Positions 1 through 8,075 of a stretch of 44,439 bases of DNA are shown here, piece after piece. Below the pieces are notes generated by a model that did no database searches, was not told the origin of the DNA, and saw only the letters and a list, made by a program, of their open reading frames with translations. How positions within the stretch are numbered: the first letter of the stretch is position 1; each line of letters begins with the position of its first letter. A program made the translations under genes and the position numbers. Origin of the DNA: an uncultured Muribaculaceae bacterium. Lineage in GTDB: Bacteria > Cyanobacteriota > Vampirovibrionia > Gastranaerophilales > Gastranaerophilaceae. The stretch lies in NCBI GenBank assembly GCA_964527005.1, contig CAZGRH010000001.1:1-44439 (forward strand), written 5' to 3'.

Positions 1-934
1 TTGCACCACCAGGTAATGGAGCTTGAATTAAAATTGGGTTTACAGCTAAAGAAATTGGATCTAGAGGATAATCTTTCATACATTCTTTGAAGATTTCTTC
101 AGTTTCCATAACTTTCTTAATGTCTAAACCTAAATCAAAGTCAGTACCTTTTAATGCGTGCCACATAGAAATAATATCTGGTTGACCTGTACCGCCTGAA
201 ACAGGTTTCATAGCTAAGTCAATACCATCAGCACCACCTTCTAAAGCAGCTAAGTATGCAGCTAAACCTGTACCAGCTGTTTCGTGAGAGTGGAATCTGA
301 TATGTGCATCTTGACCTAAGATTTCACGAGCCATTTTAACTGTTTCGTAAACTTTTCTTGGGTTTGATGTACCAGAAGCATCTTTAAATGCTAATGAATC
401 AAATGGTAAACCTGATTCTAAAATATTTCTTAAAACTTTTTCGTAGAATGCTACATCATGAGCACCTTCACAACCAAATGGAAGTTCCATCATAGTAATA
501 GTTACTTCGTGTGAAAGACCATGTTTTTTAATGCTGTTAGCAGAATCAATTAAGTTGTTAACATCATTTAAAGCATCAAAGTTTCTAATTACGTTTACAC
601 CGTGTTTTGCAAACATTTTAGCGTGTAAATCAATAACGTCACGTGGTTGAGAATTCAAACCAACAACGTTTACGCCACGAGCTAATGATTGTAATTTAAC
701 ATCAGGACCTACAGCAGCTCTGATTTTGTCCATTGTTTCAAATGCATTTTCATTGCAAAAGAAAATAGGAGCTTGAAATCTTGCACCGCCTGCAGTTTCG
801 AAATGCCTTATACCTGCATTAACAGCTGCTTGAAGTGCAGGAATAAAATCATCAACCAACACTTTTGCGCCGTATATGGATTGAAAACCATCTCTAAAAG
901 ATGTATCCATAACTTTAATTTGTTTTTTTGTCAT
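1..934 (-). CDS. oadA: Oxaloacetate decarboxylase alpha subunit / pyruvate carboxylase subunit B-type carboxyltransferase (N-terminal part; gene continues beyond the left edge)
   Basis: Absent from the ORF track because it is open at base 1. The reverse complement from 934 reads ATG ACA AAA AAA CAA ATT AAA GTT ATG GAT ACA TCT TTT AGA GAT GGT TTT CAA TCC = MTKKQIKVMDTSFRDGFQS. This is the typical N-terminus of the HMGL-like carboxyltransferase domain of OadA/PycB. It lies immediately downstream of an OadG-like gene. Confidence 0.8.
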   Translation of the reverse strand, partial: MTKKQIKVMDTSFRDGFQSIYGAKVLVDDFIPALQAAVNAGIRHFETAGGARFQAPIFFCNENAFETMDKIRAAVGPDVKLQSLARGVNVVGLNSQPRDVIDLHAKMFAKHGVNVIRNFDALNDVNNLIDSANSIKKHGLSHEVTITMMELPFGCEGAHDVAFYEKVLRNILESGLPFDSLAFKDASGTSNPRKVYETVKMAREILGQDAHIRFHSHETAGTGLAAYLAALEGGADGIDLAMKPVSGGTGQPDIISMWHALKGTDFDLGLDIKKVMETEEIFKECMKDYPLDPISLAVNPILIQAPLPGGA

Positions 935-965
935 TTTTTTCCCCTTTTATCTAAAAACTAACAAA

Positions 966-1184
966 TTATCTTTTTAATTTAGCAGTAGCTATTGCTATTG
1001 CAACTTCTAAATCACCAACTACATTGTTTGCGGTAGTTACTGCGACTTCTTTTACCGTCGGGAATATTCTGTTTAAATAAGCAACAACTTTGCTCATACA
1101 AAAAACAGACAACCATAATACTGCTAAGAACGCAAAAACAGTTCCCATTCCGACTGCCATTGCTACTAATCCTTCATTTAACAT
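966..1184 (-). CDS. oadG: OadG-family small membrane subunit of a Na+-translocating biotin-dependent decarboxylase
   Basis: 72 aa with a single N-terminal TM helix (GLVAMAVGMGTVFAFLAVLWLSVF) followed by a short polar tail. Sits directly upstream of oadA. Size and topology are typical of OadG. Confidence 0.65.
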   Translation of the reverse strand: MLNEGLVAMAVGMGTVFAFLAVLWLSVFCMSKVVAYLNRIFPTVKEVAVTTANNVVGDLEVAIAIATAKLKR

Positions 1185-1938
1185 AAATGTCTCCTGTTAT
1201 TATTCTACATTCTTCATCAATTTCATTTTTTACAATTAATAATCCGTCATCATCTATTGAAAGTGCAAAATATTCATTTCTTTTATCGGATTCTTTTATT
1301 GTTATTGTTTTTCCCAAAAAATTACAATTTGCAAGATATTCGGATTTTATAAATTTAAATCCTTCATTTATAAAATCATCATAATTTTGAAAAAATTCAT
1401 CGCAAATTAAATTTAAAATATTTTTAGGCTCAAAAGTTTTATTAAGAAGTGCGGAAAGAGAAGTCGCTTTTTGATCTATTTTGTTTAATGTTTCTTGTTT
1501 TAAATTAATGTTAATTCCAAATCCTAAAACAATACCGGTAATTTTCCCGTTTTGCATTTTTGATTCCGCTAAAATTCCTGAAATTTTATATCCGTCTGTT
1601 AAAATATCATTAGGCCATTTAATTTCGGCATTTATTTTAAATTCATTTTTTAGACATTTGCATATAATTGTTGATAAATATTGGGTTAAATTAGCAAAAG
1701 GAAAATTCTCGGTATTTTGTGGTTTTAATATTATACTCGCATATAAATTTTCACTGTCATCACAAACCCATTTTCTGTTATATCTTCCTCTGCCGGAAGT
1801 TTGTTTTTTTGTAAAAATAACGGTTTTATCATCAAAAGATGAAAATTTCTCAAGTGCATATTTGTTAGTAGAATCGACTTGTTCTATAGTTATAATATTA
1901 TATTTTGAAATACCTAGCGTAACCATAATCACGTTCAT
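1174..1938 (-). CDS. birA: Biotin--[acetyl-CoA-carboxylase] ligase (group I, no N-terminal HTH)
   Basis: 254 aa. Carries the biotin protein ligase signature QTSGRGRYNRKW (GRGRxGRxW-type), plus KWPNDI and a C-terminal SH3-like tail. Overlaps oadG by 11 nt. Confidence 0.85.
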   Translation of the reverse strand: MNVIMVTLGISKYNIITIEQVDSTNKYALEKFSSFDDKTVIFTKKQTSGRGRYNRKWVCDDSENLYASIILKPQNTENFPFANLTQYLSTIICKCLKNEFKINAEIKWPNDILTDGYKISGILAESKMQNGKITGIVLGFGININLKQETLNKIDQKATSLSALLNKTFEPKNILNLICDEFFQNYDDFINEGFKFIKSEYLANCNFLGKTITIKESDKRNEYFALSIDDDGLLIVKNEIDEECRIITGDIYVK

Positions 1939-1985
1939 GCTAACACAAACAAATTTAAATTTAAATTAAAAATAGTATAAAAAAT

Positions 1986-2399
1986 TTACAAATTTGTTAA
2001 AAAAGGCATTAATTTTTCTAACATAAATTTCATTAAAAGTTTATTATTTACGAGTAATTGTTTTGATATACATTCTACGTTCAACGTATTTGCGATTTGT
2101 TCCAAATTATATATTGCGGAAACTATTATTATATGCGTTTTGTAATAAGCTTTTATATCTTTTATATTTTCAACAAGCCATTCGCCTGCTATTTTCGGAT
2201 AATAATCTTCTTCCATTTGCATATCCGTAATTATTATATCAAAAGGATTTTCAATATTTTTTTTAACAATGTTTAATGCTTCATTGGCAGAATTCGCAAG
2301 TGTTATTTCAAAAACATCGTTATATAATTCGTCTATTAAATTTTTATGGAAATATAACCACGATAAAGTATCGTCAACTATTAAAATTCTTTCTTTCAT
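1986..2399 (-). CDS. Stand-alone response regulator receiver (CheY-like) protein
   Basis: 137 aa. ILIVDD near the N-terminus and DIIITDMQME at the phospho-acceptor position. No output domain. Confidence 0.7.
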   Translation of the reverse strand: MKERILIVDDTLSWLYFHKNLIDELYNDVFEITLANSANEALNIVKKNIENPFDIIITDMQMEEDYYPKIAGEWLVENIKDIKAYYKTHIIIVSAIYNLEQIANTLNVECISKQLLVNNKLLMKFMLEKLMPFLTNL

Positions 2400-2680
2400 A
2401 TATTTGATTATACATAAGTATGATTTTTTATCAATTTTATTAACAATAAGTAGCTTAATTTTTTTATGGTTGGCGGTTTATAATAAAACAAACCGGCGGA
2501 ATTAAGTATGAATATAAAAGAATATTTTTTTAGTATAAAAAAAGAAATAAACAAATTAAATGATTATGTTTCTAACCCTTTTAATTACAGAAACATTAAA
2601 AATCCGTATTCATCATTAAAAACAAAAACTTATGTTTGGGTAGATGATGATAAAAAAAACTTTTTTAAATAAATTTGAAA

Positions 2681-3640
2681 TTATTTATTTGTTTCTTTTT
2701 CAATAATATATCTCGGTCTTGCTTTTACTTCCTGAAATAATTGTCCCAAATATTCCGCAATTACACCTAAACACAACATTTGAATACAACCTATAAAACC
2801 GATAGCTACAACAATTGTTGCCCATCCCGGAACAACATTATTTTTTAATAAAGTGTCAACAATTGCACTTACGCCCAACAAAAAGCAAAAAAAGGACATT
2901 ACAAATCCGAAGAATGTTACAAAACGAAGCGGAGTTATGCTAAAAGATGTTATTCCTTTTAGTGCCAATTCAAATAAAGAAATTGGGGTATATTTCGTAT
3001 TTCCGAATTTTCTGGGTTTAACATCAAAATAAACATAGCTTGTTTTATATCCCAATTCATAAAAAATTCCTCTTAAAAATAAATTTGTTTCTTTGAAATT
3101 TTCTAAAGAATTTAATGCTTTTTTCCCTATTAATCTATAATCCGAATTATTTATTTTTATATTAACACCTAAAATATTCATGAATTTGTAAAATGCCAAA
3201 GCTGAATATTTCTTTAAAAATTTATCCGTATTCCTGTCGTTTCTTATTCCTTGAACTATTTCAAAACCGTCTTTATATTTTTGAACGAATTCTTTTATTT
3301 TTGTTTCATCTTGTTGTAAGTCGGCATCAATTGTAATAAAGCAATCAGCATTGTATTTTTTTGCTTCTAATAAACCGGCAAGTATTGCTTTTTGATTACC
3401 GAAATTTTTGCAGAACTTAATTCCTTTAATTTGTGGTGATTTGTTATTTAAATCATCGATTAATTCCCAAGTCTTATCATAACTTCCGTCGTCAACGAAA
3501 AATAGAAAACTGTTTTTACTGATAAAATGTTCCTCGGCTAATTTATTTATAATATTGAGTAATATAAATGCGGTTGATTTTATATTTTCTTCTTCGTTAT
3601 AACAAGGAATTATAATTGCTAATGTCGGTTCAAAATTCAT
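2681..3640 (-). CDS. Family 2 glycosyltransferase, polyprenyl-phosphate sugar synthase type (GtrB/ArnC/DPM1-like)
   Basis: 319 aa. Motifs IIPCYNEEENI, DDGSYDKT and DADLQQD (DXD). Two C-terminal TM helices (FVTFFGFVMSFFCFLLGV and GWATIVVAIGFIGCIQMLCLGV), as in GtrB/ArnC. Confidence 0.85.
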   Translation of the reverse strand: MNFEPTLAIIIPCYNEEENIKSTAFILLNIINKLAEEHFISKNSFLFFVDDGSYDKTWELIDDLNNKSPQIKGIKFCKNFGNQKAILAGLLEAKKYNADCFITIDADLQQDETKIKEFVQKYKDGFEIVQGIRNDRNTDKFLKKYSALAFYKFMNILGVNIKINNSDYRLIGKKALNSLENFKETNLFLRGIFYELGYKTSYVYFDVKPRKFGNTKYTPISLFELALKGITSFSITPLRFVTFFGFVMSFFCFLLGVSAIVDTLLKNNVVPGWATIVVAIGFIGCIQMLCLGVIAEYLGQLFQEVKARPRYIIEKETNK

Positions 3641-3702
3641 TATTTATTGCCTTTTTTGTTAAATTCTTATATAAATATAAAATATATTTCAGGATTATGC
3701 AA

Positions 3703-4539
3703 ATGAAAAAATTTACAATAAATGCCGATGATTTCGGATTAAGTGAAGAAAGAAACGAAGCAATTTTGCAAGGAATTTTATCAGGGGTGATAAATTCAAC
3801 TTCCATAATTGTAAACATGCCTGCATTTGACAATGCAATAAATACGATTTTACCTAAAATACCAAATATTAATTTGGGATTTCATTTTAATATTATGGAG
3901 GGAAAAGCGCTTACAAGTTCTGAATTATTAACGGATAAAAACGGTTATTTTAATAATTCTTATTTGCAATTAATTATAAAATCTTATAATCAAAATTTTT
4001 TAAATGCGCTGGAAATTGAGTTTAGAGCGCAAATAGAAAAAATTCTTGAATTTTACCCCGTTACAAATTTAGATTCTCATGTTCATATACACGCTATTCC
4101 TAATATTTTTAAATTGTTTTTGCGTTTAGCCAAAGAGTACAATATAAAATACATAAGAACTCAAAATGAAATTCCTTATTTAGTTAGTTCTTCGTTATTA
4201 AATTACAAATTTTATATAAACATTATAAAAAATATTCTTTTAAAATATTTTACTTATATAAACAAACAAGAATTAAAACACACCGATTTATTAACAAATG
4301 ATTATTTTATAGGCATTTTATATTCCGGATTTATGAGCGAAATTGCAATAAAAAACGGATTACTTAAAATAAAAGGAAAAGATAATTTTACGGAAGTAAT
4401 TTTTCATCCGTCAATGAAAGAAAATACACAAAATTATAAAGAATTTTTAATCACCAAAAATTCTTCATTAAAAGAATTTGCAAATAAATACAAATTTATA
4501 CAATGTTGTTTTAAAGATTTATTTGACAAACGATTTTAA
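3703..4539 (+). CDS. YdjC/ChbG/HpnK/NaxD-family carbohydrate deacetylase
   Basis: Begins MKKFTINADDFGLSEERNEAILQG, the typical YdjC N-terminus with the catalytic DDFG. Later metal-binding H-x-H (DSHVHIH). The ORF track opens at a TTG at 3616; I prefer ATG 3703 (or 3697) because AGGA at 3691-3694 precedes it. Confidence 0.8.
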   Translation: MKKFTINADDFGLSEERNEAILQGILSGVINSTSIIVNMPAFDNAINTILPKIPNINLGFHFNIMEGKALTSSELLTDKNGYFNNSYLQLIIKSYNQNFLNALEIEFRAQIEKILEFYPVTNLDSHVHIHAIPNIFKLFLRLAKEYNIKYIRTQNEIPYLVSSSLLNYKFYINIIKNILLKYFTYINKQELKHTDLLTNDYFIGILYSGFMSEIAIKNGLLKIKGKDNFTEVIFHPSMKENTQNYKEFLITKNSSLKEFANKYKFIQCCFKDLFDKRF

Positions 4540-6390
4540 AATAGTTTCTTTTGTTGTACCGTTTTCAAAAAGTTCCGTTATTGAATTAACTTTTTTACCC
4601 GCAAGTCTGTCTGTTTTATCTTTGCAAGCAGAGATTAAAACTTCAATTTCTTCAATAGTTGCATTTTGTGCCACCATATTATGTAATATTTTAACAAGTT
4701 TTTCATTTATATTGCCTTTTGTTTTACAAATATTTAAACATTTTTCCAAATCAGGCGGGAAATTGTAATTTTCACCGTTTATTTCAGATATAACCTTTAA
4801 AGCATCTTCTTTTACAATGTTGTTGTTATCGGCAGCGGCAGATAATACATCAGAAATTATTTGCTTCATTTTTATATCATGAAGTTCGGAGTCTTCAATT
4901 TTTTGTAAATCATCATACATATTTGAAATAGCCGTACTTACGTTTTTATCAAAAACGATTTTTTCCGTTAGTTCATTTAAAAGTTCATTAATTTTATATT
5001 CTTGCAAAAATAATGGTGCCGCAGTAAGTACAACATCTTTTACATCAGGATTTTCTTCAATTAATGGTAATATTTCCGTTATTTCTTTTTGTGTCATTAG
5101 TTTAGAGGTCATGTCGCAGATATTTTCTAATGTTTTTTGCGGTTCTTTTGAATTATTTATTTCATTTAAATATATTGAAACATCGCACGATAATACTCCC
5201 GCTTTTTTTAATGCGGTTATTGTTTCAAGATTTGTTTTATTAAGTTCTCCTTTTTTGTTGATACATTCTTTCATTAAATTTTTCATATCTTCGTATACAA
5301 TGCCGTTATTTCTCAAAAATGTGAATACACGAACAAATTTTGAATTTATAGCGCCATCTTTTGAGTAACTTTTTATGAAATCCGACATTACGTCAGTTTC
5401 AATTTTGTTAACTAACATTTCATAATGTTTTGTTTGTTCTTCTTTTGAAGCATTTTCGAAATCGTATCCCGAATAAAGAACATTATTATTTCTAATAATA
5501 TCAACCTTGTTTAAAAATTTCCAAATTTGAATTCCTGCTTTGTATATGGGATTATTTCTTTCTTCAGCTTCATTATTGCGTGTAGTGCTTAAAACTTTTT
5601 TAAGTGTAATTATTGAATTAATAGTATTTGGATTTATTTGCGAATTAAAATTAACTTTTGAGTCTTTTATAATTTTAACGCAAGATTTGGCAGGAATTCC
5701 CGCTTTATTTAATTTTATTAAATTTGTGACAACTTCTGATTTGTTTGTTCCCGTATAGTATTTAAAAAAATCAGCAAGAATTTTTGCATCTTCTTTTTCA
5801 ATTCCTGCTTGAGTAAAATAATCCAATGCTCTATATGCATTATTTTTAATTTTTACGGGAGAATCACCTGCTGAAACTTCGCAAAACATTAAGTCTTGAA
5901 AAGGCTTTCCTTTCTTTATTATATTTGTAATATCATCATATAAAGAAAGAGAAATATCACCTTTTGAACTTATTCCTTGTTGTATAATTTCGTCAAGTTC
6001 TTGTTTATTTATCCCTTCATTTTGAGCAAATATATATAATGCTTGAATGTCTGGAACTTTATATTCTTTTGTAAATTTGATTTTTACCGGAGAATATGCG
6101 TAATTCGTTGATGGTTGCGGATTTTCCCGTTTCTTTTTTAATTCAATTTCGCAATTTTCAATCCATCTTGTTTCATCCATCATTCGATTGGATTGTGCCG
6201 TTTTCTTTAATTCCGCTAACATATTTAGTTCTTTTTCTATAGTAACGGGAGAATTCGCAAAATCGGTTTTGGAATTTTTTTCTTTAAATTTTAAATATGC
6301 TTCTTTTTTCTTTCCATATTCCGTATATGATTTTTTCGGTGTTTTGTTTATTTTAATTTGTTTAGGATTTTGGACTTTTAATTCTTCCAT
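4519..6390 (-). CDS. Hypothetical protein, 623 aa, K/E/N-rich and predicted helical, with recurring SPV(T/K)I(E/K) and xAGI motifs
   Basis: Long uninterrupted ORF with no family I recognise. No signal peptide or TM helix seen. Confidence 0.65.
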   Translation of the reverse strand: MEELKVQNPKQIKINKTPKKSYTEYGKKKEAYLKFKEKNSKTDFANSPVTIEKELNMLAELKKTAQSNRMMDETRWIENCEIELKKKRENPQPSTNYAYSPVKIKFTKEYKVPDIQALYIFAQNEGINKQELDEIIQQGISSKGDISLSLYDDITNIIKKGKPFQDLMFCEVSAGDSPVKIKNNAYRALDYFTQAGIEKEDAKILADFFKYYTGTNKSEVVTNLIKLNKAGIPAKSCVKIIKDSKVNFNSQINPNTINSIITLKKVLSTTRNNEAEERNNPIYKAGIQIWKFLNKVDIIRNNNVLYSGYDFENASKEEQTKHYEMLVNKIETDVMSDFIKSYSKDGAINSKFVRVFTFLRNNGIVYEDMKNLMKECINKKGELNKTNLETITALKKAGVLSCDVSIYLNEINNSKEPQKTLENICDMTSKLMTQKEITEILPLIEENPDVKDVVLTAAPLFLQEYKINELLNELTEKIVFDKNVSTAISNMYDDLQKIEDSELHDIKMKQIISDVLSAAADNNNIVKEDALKVISEINGENYNFPPDLEKCLNICKTKGNINEKLVKILHNMVAQNATIEEIEVLISACKDKTDRLAGKKVNSITELFENGTTKETILKSFVK

Positions 6391-6597
6391 ATTTAACTCC
6401 TGTTGTACATAACAAATGTATTTGTATCACTTAAAAACCGTAATAAATTTAAATTTCCATTTTTTCTAAAATTCATTTACATTTATTTACATCGATTTTT
6501 ATTACGTAAATAATTGTAAACAAATTTCTAATTTCGGTAAATTTCAAAAATTCAGAAATTTTTCAATATTGGAAATGTTGCTCATGAAAAAGGAAGT

Positions 6598-6909
6598 ATG
6601 AAAATGTTAAAAAACGAAAAAATTGCAATTGAAATGCAAAAACAGTCAAAAGAATGCAAACGCAGTTATATTTCTAACCCTATTTGTTGTGATAATAATG
6701 ATTTATCCGACATGGTAAAGAAAGTTATAGCCATGGAATTTCCGATGTTAAGCAATAATTATTTATTACATGAAATGGTTTTATATTCTTTAAATTCAGA
6801 TATAAGAACTGTACAAAGCATTAAAAATGTTTTATCATATACTAAGGGAGCAACAATAAAAGACATTTTGTTTCAAAAAGGAGAGGTCTTGGTAAAATGT
6901 TCGGAATAA
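6598..6909 (+). CDS. Hypothetical small protein (103 aa)
   Basis: ORF preceded by AAGGAAG. The second ATG at 6604 has better spacing. Overlaps the next small ORF by 13 nt. Confidence 0.45.
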   Translation: MKMLKNEKIAIEMQKQSKECKRSYISNPICCDNNDLSDMVKKVIAMEFPMLSNNYLLHEMVLYSLNSDIRTVQSIKNVLSYTKGATIKDILFQKGEVLVKCSE

Positions 6910-7193
6910 AAAATTTAAAGCTTGTAAAAGAACTAAAGAATATAAAACCACATTTAAAATGGTTACAATTTTCAAATACGGAACAAAATAATCAAAAAGA
7001 ATTTTTTGAATCAATAATTGCTGATAATAAATTTGTAAAAGAAGACATGAAAATCAGAACAATGGTAAAAGATATAATTCGTAAAGAATTCGGTGAATCA
7101 ATCGAGAAATCGAAAGATTATGATTTTCTTGTTGACTCTGTTGTTGATAAATTAAAAAGACAACAGTTGGGAAAGATTGAACCATTGGAATAA
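6897..7193 (+). CDS. Hypothetical small protein (98 aa)
   Basis: ATG preceded by GGAGAGG about 10 nt upstream. Overlaps the upstream ORF, so probably translationally coupled. Confidence 0.5.
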   Translation: MFGIKNLKLVKELKNIKPHLKWLQFSNTEQNNQKEFFESIIADNKFVKEDMKIRTMVKDIIRKEFGESIEKSKDYDFLVDSVVDKLKRQQLGKIEPLE

Positions 7194-7356
7194 TTTTGTT
7201 TTAACGTATTTTTATTGTTTAGAAATACATTTTTTGCATTTTGTGTTTTATTTATTATCCTTTTGGTTTATTCAATTTGGCAATGTATAAATATTCTTTT
7301 TTTCGCAAAGTATTTACTGACGATAGTTAAGTTAAATACATTTTAGGAGAAAAAAT

Positions 7357-7818
7357 ATGAAATACATGATAAAAAAGCCTGATACTTTTTTTAATGCTTT
7401 AAACGAAGATATTAATGCCGTTTTACAAAAAAGTTTTGATAATTTATTCCCTGAATATATTTTTCATCAGGAATTATCAGGCATGGTTATGCCTGTAGAC
7501 GTAAAAGAATATGAAAATTCTTATGATGTAAAAGTCGAATTACCGGGGGTTAATAAAGAAGATATTAATGTTGATATAAACAAATCATATTTAAAAATTG
7601 AAGCTAAAAAAGAATCCGAAAAAAAGGAAGATGATAAAGCTCATAAATATCACAAATCAGAATTCAGATACGGCAATTATTCGAGAACTCTTTATTTCCC
7701 TTATGAAATAAATACAGAACTTGCTACGGCAGAATTACATAAAGGAATTTTACATATTAATCTTCCCAAAAAAGAAACTGAAGATAAAAAAACTAAAAAA
7801 TTAGAAATTAAAGAGTAA
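7357..7818 (+). CDS. Hsp20/alpha-crystallin family small heat-shock protein
   Basis: 153 aa. Alpha-crystallin domain pattern PVDVKEYENSYDVKVELPGVNKEDINVDI ... AELHKGILHINLPK. Strong RBS TAGGAGA upstream. Confidence 0.9.
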   Translation: MKYMIKKPDTFFNALNEDINAVLQKSFDNLFPEYIFHQELSGMVMPVDVKEYENSYDVKVELPGVNKEDINVDINKSYLKIEAKKESEKKEDDKAHKYHKSEFRYGNYSRTLYFPYEINTELATAELHKGILHINLPKKETEDKKTKKLEIKE

Positions 7819-7822
7819 AAAG

Positions 7823-8065
7823 ATGACTGCCATAATAGGTGTTAAACTTGCTCATAAAGAAGAAAATTCCGCACAATTTCAACAAATTTTAACTGATTAT
7901 AATTGTTATGTAAAAACAAGATTAGGAATAAACTCAACTTCTGTTTTTTGTTCTGATTTCGGAATAATTCTGTTGCATATAGAAGATAATAAAATTGCCG
8001 AAAAAATAGAAATGGAATTGATTGAAATTGAAGGAATTGAAATTCAAAGAATGATTTTTAATTAA
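7823..8065 (+). CDS. Small ACT-like protein resembling the TM1266 / 'iron-only hydrogenase system regulator' family
   Basis: 80 aa with a beta-alpha-beta-beta-alpha-beta pattern (IIGVKLAHKEE..FQQILTDY..RLGIN..GIILLHIED..IEMELIEIEGIEIQRMIF). Starts 4 nt after the hsp20 stop. Family assignment is from memory of the fold pattern, not a search. Confidence 0.5.
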   Translation: MTAIIGVKLAHKEENSAQFQQILTDYNCYVKTRLGINSTSVFCSDFGIILLHIEDNKIAEKIEMELIEIEGIEIQRMIFN

Positions 8066-8075
8066 AGGGTTATAA

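Noticed and set aside
773-961. Many 60-160-aa ORFs in the track lie antisense to or inside longer genes. Examples: 773-961, 1187-1384, 1481-1969, 2269-2505, 3630-3833, 5111-5368, 13246-13611, 14354-14602, 17573-17881, 22369-22629, 27162-27434, 30904-31232, 31957-32382 and 40200-41316.
   Set aside because: Each is fully shadowed by a longer ORF with a recognisable conserved product. Their translations are low-complexity (F/L/I/S-rich), as expected for the reverse strand of AT-rich coding sequence. None has a visible RBS.
2508-2672. 54-codon ORF (MNIKEYFFSIKKEINKLNDY...) in the gap between the receiver gene and the GT2 gene.
   Set aside because: No Shine-Dalgarno-like sequence upstream, no recognisable motif, and its composition is indistinguishable from intergenic AT-rich DNA. 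It cannot be supported from sequence alone.
7297-7355. Possible fourU/ROSE-like RNA thermometer upstream of hsp20. UUUUUUC (7298-7304) can pair with GAAAAAA (7349-7355), overlapping the SD region.
   Set aside because: The complementarity is almost pure A:U in an AT-rich genome and is expected by chance. There is no defined hairpin geometry or conserved ROSE motif.
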